Positions 38,263 through 50,440 of a stretch of DNA of 64,000 nucleotides are shown here, in pieces (position 1 is the stretch's first letter; each line of letters starts with the position of its first letter). Origin of the DNA: Mobula hypostoma (lineage: Eukaryota); contig NC_086108.1 of the NCBI RefSeq assembly GCF_963921235.1, positions 83,826,001 to 83,890,000 of the forward strand, read 5' to 3'. The translations under genes and the position numbers were made by a program. The notes below the pieces were generated by a model. It worked only from the letters and a program-made list of their open reading frames with translations. It was not told the origin of the DNA and searched no databases.

Positions 38263-40552
38263 GTATCTCTTGCAGGGATAAGTACCTGGAGGCTGATTAG
38301 TGAGAAGGAAGAAATGGACCAGGGAGTCAGAGAGGGTGTGACCCTTGTGGAAAGTATGTGGAAGATAAAATTATATTTAGTGGTAGGCTCCCTTTGGAGA
38401 CGGAGAAGTTGCGGAGAACGATGTGTTGGGTGCAAAGGCTCACAGGGTGGTAGATATGAGTAAGGTGGTGGGAAGATGGGGTGAGCGCGGATGTCTGGGA
38501 AATGGAGGAGATGCAGGTGGGGACGGTATCAACAGTGGAGGATGGGAAACTGTCCTTTAAAGAAGGTCGACATCCTACTGTTGTTTGCTTCAATTGTTTG
38601 TATGATTTTTAATGTTTTTCTCTTGTGCATCAAGTGTTGGTCTTTAATTTTCATTTTTCTTCTTTAATTGGGTTCTTTCAGGTTTCTTGCTTTGTGGCTT
38701 CCCATGAGCAAGCAAATCTCAAGGTTGTATAATTTATACATTCTTTGACAATAAATAAGTCTTGAATCTCTGACGTCATAAGATATAGGAGCAGCTTTAG
38801 GCCATTAGGCCCTTTGAGTCTGCTCCACCATTCAATCATGGCTGATCCTTTTCTCCCCCCCACTCCTCAGCCCCAGTCCCTGGCCTTCTCCCTATGACCT
38901 TTGATGCCATGTCCAGTCAAGAACCTATCAAGCTCTGCCTTAAATTTACCCATAATCCTGGCTTGCACGGCTGCCTGTGGTAATCAATTCCACAAATTCA
39001 CCACCCTCTAGCTAAAGAAATTCCTCTCCTGAAAAGCCTCATCCTGAGGACAGAGGTGGCGAAAACAAAGGAACTGAGAAAAAGGAATAGCATTTTTATG
39101 GGAGACAGGGTGGGAAGGGGTCTAGTCAAGATAACCATGGGAGTCAGTAGGTTTATAAAAGATATCAGTTGACAATCTGTCTCCAGAGATGGAGACAGAG
39201 ATCGAGAAAGGGGATGTGTCAGAAATGAACCAAGTGAATTTAAGGGCAAGGTTGATGAAATTGATGACTTCAGCATGGGTGCCTGAAGCAGCACCAATTC
39301 AGTTGTCAACATAGCAGAGGAAGAGTTTGGGAATATTCCCAGAGAAGGCTTGGAACATGGACTATTCTATGTAGCCAACAAAAAGGCAGGCATAGCTGGG
39401 GCCCATGTAAGTGCCCAGGGCTACCCCTTGAGTCTGGAGAAAATGGGCAGACTGAAAGGGGAATTGAATATGAGGACCAGTTCCACCAGATGGAGAAGGG
39501 TGGTGGTGGTGGAGGGGAACTGATTGGGTCTGTGTTAATAAAGAAGCAGAGAGCTTTAAGACCTTCTTGAAGGGGGGATATAAGTGTCTAGGGACTCGCC
39601 ATCCATGGTAAAAATGAGGTGGTCTGGGCCAGGTAATTGAAAGTTAGTGAGGAGATTGAGAGCATGAGATGTTCGTGAGTGTAGGTGGGAAGGGACTGAA
39701 CTAAGGGGGAGTTGAGGAACAAGGACACAAATTCAGTGGGGCAGGAGCAGGCAGAGACAATTGGTCTACACAAACAGTCAGGCTCTTTGATCTTGGGTGG
39801 GGGTGAAAGCGAACAGTGTGAGGTAAAGGAACTATGAGCCTGGTGGCAGCGGGGATAGGAGTTCTCCAGTGTTGATTTATTGTTGCTCCTGGTACAGCCG
39901 CCTCTGCATCAGTGAGACCCGACGTAGATCTGGGGAACACGTTGTCAAGTACCTTCGCTCGGTCTGCAACGAGCAGTATGTCCCGGTGGCCAATCATTTT
40001 AATTCCACTGCCCGTTCCCATTCCCACATATCGGTTATTGCCTCCTCTACTGCCTCGATGAGGCTGGAGAAGCAACACGTCGGTCCATTGCCTCCTCTAC
40101 TGCCTCGATGAGACTGGGTAACCTCCAACCTGATGGCATGAACAGCGATTTCTCCATCTTCCAGTAATTTCCCCCCTCTTTTTTCCCATTTGCCATTCTT
40201 GCTTCCCTCACCCCTTCTCTTTGCCTCACTTGCCTATTACATCCGTCTGGTACCCCGCTCCTTCCTTTTCTCCTCTTATAATAATTTATTTTGTTCAGCA
40301 CGACATTGTAGGCCAAAGGGCCTGTCCAGTGCTGTCCTATACTATGCTCTCCCATGGTCCACTCTCCTCTCCTATCAGATTCCTTCTGCTCCAGCCCTTT
40401 ACCTTTTCCATCTGTAATCTCCCAGGTTCTCACTTCACTCTCCCTCCCTCACCCACCTGCCTTCCCCCTCGCCTGGTTTCACCTACCACCTTCTAGCTGG
40501 TCCTCCTTCCCCTCCCCCCCCCACCTTTATTCTGGCCTCTTCCCCCCTTGTC

Positions 40553-40588
40553 ACTCCTGATGAATGGTCTCTGCCTGAAACGTCGGCT
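40553..40588 (+). ncRNA. Hammerhead with intact core but weakened stems
   Basis: CTGATGA (40557-40563) ... GAAAC GTC (40577-40584) in a Penelope pLTR. Confidence 0.6.
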
Positions 40589-41031
40589 CTTTATTCCTCT
40601 CCATAGACGCTGCCTGGCCCGCTGAGCAGTTTCACCTCTGGCGTTTTGTGTGTGTTGCTATGGATATCTTTGCCAGGCCCTAGCAACTGTTTCTCTGGTT
40701 TCCCACAAGGCCCTGGGATACGATTGGTCAAGTGCTGGAGATTTATCCACAGTTATTCACTTAGGACCACCAGCACCTCTTTCGGTAATGTGGATGTGTT
40801 TCAAGAGTTCATTATTCTTTCCCCTGAATTCCTTAGCTTCCATGACCTTCTCCGCAGTAAATACAAATGAGGTAATTTAAAACCTTGCTCATCTCCTTTG
40901 GCTTCACATATAGATGATCCTATTGATCCTGATAAAGGTACTATTTTCTCCTTGGTTGTCCTTTTGCTGTTGATATATTTATAGAATCTCATGGATTTGT
41001 CTCTCCTCTTATCTGGCAAGGCTATTTTGTA

Positions 41032-41202
41032 AACAAGAGAATATCTGCAGATGCTGGAAATCAAAGTAATTTACACAAAATGCTGGAGGAGGTCAGCAGG
41101 CCAGTGGGAATCAGTAAACAGTCGAAATTTCGGGCCACATAATGCAAAACTCTTCATCAGGCCTGGCCTACTGAGTTCCTCCAGCATTTTCTGTGTATTA
41201 CT
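41032..41202. mobile_element. Fold-back pLTR mini-element with perfect 14-bp TSD
   Basis: TSD aaggctattttgta at 41018-41031 and 41203-41216. Minus-strand CTGATGA...GAAAT TTC gactg; inverted arm gcctggcctactgagttcctccagcatttt. Confidence 0.88.
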
Positions 41203-41285
41203 AAGGCTATTTTGTATCCTCTCTTTACCCTCCTGATTTCCCTCTCAGAGCCTTGCACTCAAGGGAATTACTTGATCAAAATATG

Positions 41286-41392
41286 AGTTCTGATGAAGGG
41301 TTTCAGCCGGAAACGTCCACCGTTAACTCTTTTTCACAGATGCCGCCTGGCCTGCTGAGTCCCTCCAGCATTTTGTTTGTGTTGCTCAGATT
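41286..41392 (+). mobile_element. Solo pLTR with intact hammerhead core
   Basis: CTGATGA (41290-41296), agggtttcagccg, GAAACGTC (41310-41317); stem I mutated. Confidence 0.75.
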
Positions 41393-42058
41393 TACTTACC
41401 CCTGCTGCCTAAATATATGCTTCCTTTCTCCTTTCCAGAACTAGTTAGAGCTATATTATCATTGCTGAGGATAACTGGAGCCTCAATGTGCTTTGTGAAC
41501 AAGGGTTCCCTGGGTTGTGACTGATTGATTAAAAATTAGCTATATGCCAACTGTAACTGGGAAATATAAAGGTCTTTATTCACACTGTAAACACTCAGGA
41601 GAGAGTCTATCAGAACCACTTTGAATCTTCATTACTGCTGTCTTTTCTGAAAGGTTCAGGGCACAAACTCCAGACACCCAAAATACACATACCCTTTTTG
41701 TTACAGTGTTGAGAGAGAGAGTTTTATACTCAAGGCAACTCAAATGTTAAGTCACAAAATAGATCTCTCATGAACTCTGCATTATGTGGCAGAGATGTGC
41801 CTTTAATGATGTGTTTTACAAGAGATGGTCACTTAGTGCCTTCCCTGATCTCAGTCTAAAGGTTTTAATGATCAATGATTAACATGAACATCTAGTCTGA
41901 GTTCTGAAACTAGATGTTTGTTCATTTCCATGAATGACGTCTGACCTGCTGAGTTCCTCCAGCACTTTGTGTCTGTAACATTCTCACAAGTGAATCGGTT
42001 TCACTAGCCTTAAGGTATCAGTTGAAGTTAAATTGTTGAACAAGTTTTATTTTCTGAA

Positions 42059-42200
42059 CACAGATTTCTGCAGATGCTGGGAAACCATAGCAACACACAC
42101 AAAATGCTGATGAAGGGTCTCACCCCAAACATCAGCTGTTTATTCTTTTACATAGATGCTGCCTGCCTGCTGAGTTCCTCCGGCATTCTGCGTGTCTGGC
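42059..42200. mobile_element. Fold-back pLTR mini-element
   Basis: Reverse pLTR arm fused through 'ctg' directly to CTGATGA (42107-42113); G12 position mutated. Probable TSD tttattttctgaa (42046-42058) / tttatcttctgaa (42214-42226). Confidence 0.75.
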
Positions 42201-42690
42201 AATGTGTTTAGTCTTTATCTTCTGAAGGCTGGTTCTGATTTGGATCTGCGGTATTCTATCCCTAACACCCTGATCTGCCATGCTCTCAAAAAGAAACAGA
42301 CTGGCCCTGAACTCTGTTTCACTTTGGAAAGAGATGTGAGTGTTAAATATGAGCTGTTGCATTTGATAGCCGTTATTGGTAGGCAAGAGATGGACATGTA
42401 TTTTACAATGTCTGGAATAGTGGAGCTTATCAGTTAAACCCCCAGGAAGATATACAAGTGGAAGTAAACATCCTCTGCTATACAAGCAGAGGTCTAAAGA
42501 ACAAAAGGAGGAAATAATGGTGAACAGTTATCACTTACAGGTTAGTCCCTAGCTGGGACTTTTTTGGAAAAATTGGTGAGGGGGAATTTGAATATCTAAA
42601 ACTATAATACATATGTCTACATACTTGAACATAGAATTGTACTGGACAGTTCAGATACTTAATTTCACATAGTTGTGCTGACCCATACCC

Positions 42691-42908
42691 TACTATCCTT
42701 TGGCCTTAACAGTCACATACTTGCAGATACTGACTGCAATGTTTCAATGGTAATCCTGATCATCTTCCTCAAGCACCAGCTAGTCAAATGATATTCTCCG
42801 CCCCACCCCCCTTTGGCCAATTTGTGCCTGAGAAAGATGGATGTGTTACCGTTGAAACGTTGCAATCAGTATCTGTAAGTATGTGACTGTTAAGGGCAAA
42901 GGATAGTA
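42691..42908. repeat. ~85-bp inverted repeat with a degenerate hammerhead in each arm (second family)
   Basis: Arms 42691-42776 and 42824-42908; the outer 63 bp match 58/63. Arm consensus gtgcCTGAGGAagatgg...ccrttGAAACGTTgca. Confidence 0.75.
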
Positions 42909-43837
42909 TGGATAGATTTGATAACCAGTCACAAAGCTTCCGTAGTCAGTGTTGACTTTTCAATCTACTCTAAAATCAATCTAGTCCTTCATAACCCTCC
43001 ATTTTTCTTTCATCCACGTGCCTGTCTCTGAGTTTCTTAAATGTCCCTAATTTATCTGCCTCTACCCCCACATCTGACAGTGTAGTCTAAACACCTACTA
43101 CTGTGGGGGAGGAAGCAAATCTACCTCTATGGTTTCTTCCAATCACCTTAAAATTTTGCCCCCTGTGTTAGCCATTTCCACCAGGGGGAAAAGGTTTCTA
43201 GCTGTCCACTCTATGCTTCTTATCACCTTGTACACCTCTCATCCTCCACTCCAAAGTGGGTCGCCCTAGCTTTCTCAGACGGCGCCAGCAAACTATGCAA
43301 CCAGCGGCGACGTCCTTCAGACAGATGTAGCTTTGTGAACTTTTGCTACTTTCAAGTATAATTCTACCAGTAAGCTGAATGCAATTGGAACCAGTGATTT
43401 GCAGTTTGGTGTGTGTTTTCAATGAGATGAGAGCAGAAGGCCAGCAGGTGTTCGGCACTGTCTGCCTGTGCTTGAAAGGTCTCCCTCTAGATTGCTGATG
43501 CCAGAGAGTTGAGTCTTAGGCAGGGTTTAATCAACGTGGTCTTTCAATTGGACTCTGCAGCTCATGTTATGTGCTTTGTGTTTCTGATTACACCTTTCAT
43601 TTTGATGGCGATTTTGATTGGGGCGGATTGGCTCCACAGCCTGCAGCCCATGATAGACAGCGCTGAACTGAACTGAAATTATCTAAAGTAAACTGAACAT
43701 TCCTAGACTGCTTCAAAGCTCTGTGGTTTGATGGTTAATATTCTGTGTGGTTTTTTCTTGTTTATTTGCTGTTTGTGCAATTTGTTCTTTTTTGCACGTT
43801 GGGTGTTTAATGTTTTCTGTGAACGGGATGCACGGTA

Positions 43838-45197
43838 TAGAAACATAGAAACATAGAAAATAGGTGCAGGAGTAGGCCATTCGGCCCTTCGAGCCTGCAC
43901 CGCCATTTATTATGATCATGGCTGATCATCCAACTCAGAACCCCGCCCCAGCCTTCCCTCCATACCCCCTGACCCCCGTAGCCACAAGGGCCATATCTAA
44001 CTCCCTCTTAAATATAGCCAATGAACTGGCCTCAACTGTTTCCTGTGGCAGAGAATTCCACAGATTCACCACTCTCTGTGTGAAGAAGTTTTTCCTAATT
44101 TCGGTCCTAAAAGGCTTCCCCTCTATCCTCAAACTGTAACCCCTCGTTCTGGACTTCCCCAACATCGGGAACAATCTTCCTGCATCTAGCCTGTCCAATC
44201 CCTTTAGGATCTTGTACGTTTCAATCAGATCCCCCCTCAATCTTCTAAATTCCAACGAGTACAAGCCCAGTTCATCCAGTCTTTCTTCATATGAAAGTCC
44301 TGCCAACCCAGGAATCAATCTGGTGAACCTTCTTTGTACTCCCTCTATGGTAAAGATGTCTTTCCTCAGATTAGGGGACCAAAACTGCACACAATACTCC
44401 AGGTGTGGCTCACCAAGGCCTTGTACAACTGCAGTAGTACCTCCCTGCTCCTGTACTCGAATCCTCTCGCTATAAATGCCAGCATACCATTCATCTTTTT
44501 CACCGCCTGCTGTACCTGCATGCCCACTTTCAATGACTGGTGTATAATGACACCCAGGTCTCGTTGCACCTCCTCTTTTCCTAATCGGCCACCATTCAGA
44601 TAATAATCTGTTTTCCTATTTTTGCCACCAAAGTGGATAACTTCACATTTATCCAACATTAAATTGCATCTGCCATGAATTTGCCCACTCACCCAACCTA
44701 TCCAAGTCACCCTGCATCCTCTTAGCATCCTCCTCACTGCTAACACTACCACCCAGCTTCGTGTCATCCGCAAACTTGGAGATGCTGCATTTAATTCCCT
44801 CATCCAAGTCATTAATATATATTGTAAACAACTGGGGTCCCAGCACTCAGCCTTGCGGTACCCCACTAGTCACCGCCTGCCATTCTGAAAAGGTCCCGTT
44901 TATTCCCACTCTTTGCTTCCTGTCTGCTAACCAATTCTCCACCCACACCAATACCTTACCCCCAATACCGTGTGCTTTAAGTTTGCACACTAATCTCCTG
45001 TGTGGGACCTTGTCAAAAGCCTTTTGAAAATCCAAATATACCACATCCACTGGTTCTCTCCTATCCACTCTACTAGTTACATCCTCAAAAAATTCTATGA
45101 GATTCGTCAGACATGATTTTCCTTTCACAAATCCATGCTGACTTTGTCCGATCATTTCACCGCTTTCCAAATGTGCTGTTATCACATCCTTGATAAT
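43838..45197 (-). mobile_element. Relatively young 5'-truncated CR1
   Basis: YLDFQKAFDKVPH, GVPQG, KFADDTKLGG; (aaacatag)n 3' microsatellite; few frameshifts. Confidence 0.92.
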
Positions 45198-45639
45198 CAT
45201 TTCCCTGTCTCGTGGCTATCTGTGGGAAGACCCATGTCAGGATTGTATATTGCATACATACTGATAATAAATGTACTTTGAATCTATCCTCATGAAACAC
45301 ACTCACTAATCCAGGTAGCTTCCTGGTAAACCTCTCCAGGACCCTTTCTAAAGCTTCTTCATCTTTTCTATAATGAGGGGCAGGAACTGAACATAATATT
45401 CTAAGTGTGGTCTAACCAGAGTTTTGTAGAGCTACAACATTACCTTGTGTATCTTGAACTCAATCCTCCAACTAAAGCAGGCCAACACACAATAGATCTT
45501 GAGAGATCTACGAACATGAACCCGACATCCCTCTGTTCCTCCACACTGCCCTTAACCCTGTATTCTGCCTTGAAATTTGAAGTTAGTATAATTGATGGCA
45601 CCATTTACAATTTACTTTGAGGAACCCACTTGCTTCAGT

Positions 45640-46352
45640 TATACTGGTGCCCAAGAAGAACACGGTAATCTGCCTCAATGATTATCATCCAGTAGCACTT
45701 GTATCTATGGTGGTAAAGTGCTTTGAAAGGTTGGCAGAGAGAGTCGGTAACTTTAAATTCCTCAGCGTATCGTTTCAGAGGATCTAGCAAGTACGTGCCA
45801 TAGCAATGAAAGCATGGGAGCATCTCTAAGTTCTTTACTAGTCTGCAAAGGTTCAGCATGTCATCTAAAAGTGTGACAAATTTGTATAGATGTGGGATGG
45901 GGAGTATATTGACTGGTTGCATCAGAGGTTGGTATGGAAACATCAATACTCTTTTGGGGGGGGGAAGTAGTGGATACAACCCAGTCCATCACAGGTTTAA
46001 AAACCCTCCCCGTCACTGAGCACACCTACATGGAGTGCTATCGCAGGACAGTGGTATCCATCAAGGACCCCCACCATCCAGGCCACGGTCTCTTCTCACT
46101 GCTGCCAGTAAGAAGGAGGTACAGGAATCTCAAGGTCCACACTACTGGATTCAGGAATAGTTATTACTCCTCAACAATCAGGCTCTTGAACAGAGGAATA
46201 ACTTCACTTGCCCCATCACTGAACTGTTTCCACAACTTATGGACTCACTTTCAAAGGCTCTTCATTTATTTTTTTTTTGTATTTACCGTGAATCTTAGGG
46301 TTGTATATGGTGACATATATATATACTTACATAATAAATTTATTTTGAACGT
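45640..46352 (+). mobile_element. Decayed Rex/Babar-type LINE
   Basis: KDPHHPGHGLFSLLP..RRYRNLKVHTTGFRNSYY in ORF 45934..46368. Confidence 0.75.
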
Positions 46353-46664
46353 TGAAAATGGCCAATGAGTTGGGCAGAACTTGGTATACAGTATCAATCC
46401 ATGCTTGGTATAATTACTTCCACAGCTCCTCTTCGGTCTGCACATTGCATCAATGCTTCAGAGTTGCTTCCTGACTTCCCATCTGTTCAATAAAGAAGGT
46501 GCATTCCAGATATTTGGGATAGCTCTGCAGTGCTGTGTGCAGATGAGAAAGTGACTTGTAGGGTCCACCTCCTACTCGAGAGCTTCTGAAAAGTAAGCTC
46601 AAGTGCCCTATCGAAGCAACAGAATGAACAATCAGACACTGATTGAATTTTAACTAGTTTAAAC

Positions 46665-48665
46665 CAGAATCGCTAGGGGGTGGGAACTGAACTGAAGGGA
46701 TGGAGGAAGGGGCTGTTGGCTCACAAATGGAGAAAGCTTGTAGGCAGTGTGAGGAGGAGGATAGGCAGGTGATAGAGAAGGGATGCACTCAGACCGATGG
46801 TTTGAGATGTGTCTATTTTAATGCAAGAAGCATCGTGAACAAAGCAGATGAACTTAGAGAGTGCATCAGTACTTGGAGCTATGATGCTGTGGCCATTACA
46901 GAGACTTGGACAGCTCAGGGGCAGGAATAGTTACTTAGAGTACCAGGCTTTAGATGTTTCAGAAAGGACAGGTAGGGAGGCAAAAGAGGTGGGGGCGTGG
47001 CTCTGCTGATCAGAGATAGTGTCACAGCTGCAAAAAAGGAGGAAGTCAGGGAGGGATTGTCTACTGAGCCTCTGCGGGTGGAAGTTAGGAACAGGAAGAG
47101 GTCACTAACTCTACTGGGTGTTTTTTATAGACCACCCAATAGTAACAGGGACACCGAGGAGCAGATAGGGAAACAGATTCTGGAAAGGTGTAATAATAAC
47201 AGGGTTGTTGTGGTGGCAGATGTTAATTTCCCAAATATTGATTGGCATCTCCCTACAGCAAGGTGTTTAGATGGGGTAGAGTTTGTTACATGTGTTCAGG
47301 AAGGTTTCCTGACAATATGTAGATAAGCCTACAAGAAGAGAGGCTGTATTTGATCTTGTATTGGGAAATAAACCTGGTCAGGTGTCAGGTCTCTCAGTGA
47401 GAGAGCATTTTGGAGATAGTGATCACAATTCTATCTCCTTTACCATAGCATTGGAAAGGGATAGGAACAGACAAGTTAGGAAAGTGATTATTTGGAGTAA
47501 AGGAAAATATGAAGCTATCAGGCAGGAACTTGGAAGCATAAATTGGGAACAGATGTTCTCAGGGAAATGTACGGCAGAAATGTGGCAAATACTCAGGGGA
47601 TACTTGAATGGCGTTTTGCATAGGTACATTCCAATGAGATAGGGAAAGGATGGTAGGGGACCTGTTCTCTTCGTGATTTTTATAAATGACCTGGATGAGG
47701 AAGTGGAGGGTTGGGTTAGTAAATTTGCTGATGACATAAAGGTTGGGGGTATTGTGGATAGTGTGGAGGGCTGTCAGAGGTTACAGCGGGACATCGATAG
47801 GATGCAAAACTGGGCTGAGAAGTGGCAGATGGAGTTCTACACAGATAAGTGTGAGGTGGTTCATTTTGGTATGTCAAATATGATGGCAGAATATAGTATT
47901 AATGGTAAGACTTTTGGCAGTGTGGAGGATCAGAGGGATTTTGGGGTCCAAGACTATAGGACACTCAAAGTAGCTGCACAGGTTGACTCTGTGGTTAAGA
48001 AGGCATACAGTGCATTGGCCTTCATCAATCGTGGGATTGAGTTCAAGAGCTGAGAGGTAATGTTACAGTTATATAGGATCCTGGTCAGACCTCACTTGGA
48101 GTACTGTGCTTAGTTCTAGTCACCTCACTACAGGAAGGATGTGGAAACTATATAAAGAGTGCAGAGGAAATTTCAAGAATGTTGTCTGGATTGGGGAGCA
48201 TGTCTTATGAGAATAGGTTGAGTGAACTTGGCCTTTTCTCCTTGGAGCAGCGGAGGATGAGAGGTGACCTGATAGAGGTGTATAAGATGATGAGAGGTGA
48301 CCTAATAGAGGTGTATAAGATGATGAGAGGCATTGATCGTGTGGATAGTCAGAGGCTTTTTCTCAGGGCTGAAATGGCTAACACAAGAGGGCACAGATTT
48401 AAGGTGCTTGGAAGTAGGTACAGAGGCGATGTCATGGGTAAGATTTTTTTAATGCAGAGAGTGGAGAGTGTGTGGAATGGGCTGCCAGCGACGGTGGCGG
48501 AGGCTGATACAACAGGGTCTTTTAAGAGACTCCTGGGTAGGTACATGGAGCTTAGAAAAATAGAGGGCTATGGGTAACCCTAGATAATTTCTAAAGTAAG
48601 TACATGTTTGGCACGGCATTGTGGGCTGAAGGGCCTGTATCATGCTGTAGGTTTTCTATGTTTCT
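46665..48665 (+). mobile_element. CR1 with large internal deletion
   Basis: APE domain (YFNARSIVNK, VAITETW, FYRPPNS, SDHNSI) joined at ~47657 to RT (FINDLD, KFADD); tail ttttctatgtttct. Confidence 0.9.
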
Positions 48666-49139
48666 GTGTCTCCCAAAAGCAGCAATTTGTTTTGCAAAGC
48701 AAGTTGAATAAGAGAGTTTAATGTTCATCAATGAAATGTCTGTACACCTTCAAGCCTACTTCTTTTGCTTGGTGTATTTTTGTAAATGATTAATATCAAT
48801 ACTTACTCCCATACATAGCTGATTGTGGTCCACAGTTATAACTCAGATCAACCCACTTCCATTCCATTAATGAATCCTTTATTTCCACATGTAGCAGAGG
48901 AAGGGTAGACATCAACCAAAGTTCAAATATATTGCTTGCCTGAGAATGGATGGTGATTACTTGGCAGCTAATCTTTAGAAGTTGAATAAGAACAGACTTG
49001 CACATCAAAGAACCCCTGGCTTTTAAATAGAATGAGAAAATTGTCACATTAAGGTATGCCTCCACAAAAAAGATGATGCACATGCCAGCCAGCACTCCAC
49101 TCCCAAGTGAGAGGTGTCCGTGGATAGGCAGTCATCCAT

Positions 49140-49256
49140 CCTTGTTGCTCAGTGCTGTCAAGTCGCTGTTTACTCATGGTGACCCTATGGATAGTGTAGT
49201 TGTCGACAGGTTTTCATGGCGGATACGGAAGTAGATTGCCAGGCCTTTGCTTCCTC
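49140..49256 (-). mobile_element. RTE-clade (BovA-like) 3' end fragment
   Basis: aagtcg...actcatggtgaccctatgga...atacggaagtagattgcc resembles RTE/BovA tails (recognised from memory). Confidence 0.45.
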
Positions 49257-50440
49257 CTTAGCGGAGGGGGAAAAAAAAGATGACCTTCCTCTTATGGCAG
49301 TGTTTCCTTGTCCAGCCACTGCAAAGAGTTTGGGGTAAGGTTTCAGAGAGCAAACACAAGAAAGCAGATGTGGATGAAATCTTTTCAAAATGAGGAAGGA
49401 TTTGTTTAAATACAACAAATTACACAACGAAGTTGATTGATATTTTGTTATGTTTAAACATATCATTGTTTAACATTCATCCAGGCCAATGAAAAGCACA
49501 GCAGTTTAGTTAACTAATTAATTTAGAAATGAGAAGCATATGCATGAAACAAACCACTGGTGAAAATAAAGCAAAATAAATTCCTGCTGATCTTACGATA
49601 TCATCACATTACTCCAGCCGGAAGTACACAATGGGGAATACTGAAGTTTCCAGCTATTTGGAAGAGTGTGATGACCTAAAATGCAGGATAAATGTACCTT
49701 CCTATTATAAAGTAGGCAATGCTTGAAATTTTCAGCAGGTCACCGGCATCAATGGAGAAACTAACAGAATTAAAACTTCCAGTTGTCTTGTAACAACTGA
49801 ATCAGATTTAATATTGCTGGCATATATTGTGAAATTTGTTATAATAAAGCTATACAATAGGAAAGACAAACATTTAAATTAAATATTTAGTGCAAAGAGA
49901 CAGCAATAAAAAAAGAAACAAAAATAGCGTGGTAGTGTTCATGGGTTCGTTGTCCATCCAGAGATCCGGCAGCAGAGAAGAAGCTGTTCCTAAAAAGTGT
50001 GTGTCCCCTCGGGCTTCTGTCCCACCTCCGTGAGGGTAGTAAAGAGAAGTGGGCATGTCCTGGGTGATGGGGGTCCTTCATAATGGGTGTTGCCTTTTAA
50101 AGATGTCCTCGATGCTGGGGAGTTAAGTGCCCATGATGAATTTAAAACTAAGATTATGCCCATGATGGAGCTGACTGAGATTTTGTTTGTAGCTAGAGAC
50201 TTTCTAAAACACACCCCACATTATTAACCACTTTAAAAGTTTCAATACATAAATTGCAATTAAAGTTAGTCGATATAATTATTAATCGACCGTCACTGGA
50301 AAAATAAATGCATAGGAATTGGGGCTTTGCATCAACTAACATCATGCTCAGCCAATTTAAATACAATCAATCTCGCTCTCCATAATCTGATTACTCATCC
50401 TACATCAGAGAAGCCGATAAAAGTATGGTGGGAGAAGGTT

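Larger units (their letters stand above)
35070..40660 (-). mobile_element. Fragmented Penelope element (-) with inverted 3' copy (+, 39865-40660), hosting nested insertions
   Basis: Minus pieces at 35070-35435, 35721-36060, 38265-38570 and 39030-39860 (CRPIVSACSCPTE, CSRCGLLYIGET). Hammerhead remnants at both outer ends. Confidence 0.8.

Noticed and set aside
50327..50440. N-terminus of the 424-aa ORF as a host-Penelope fusion gene
   Set aside because: Non-ATG start in AT-rich flank; chance read-through into a truncated element.
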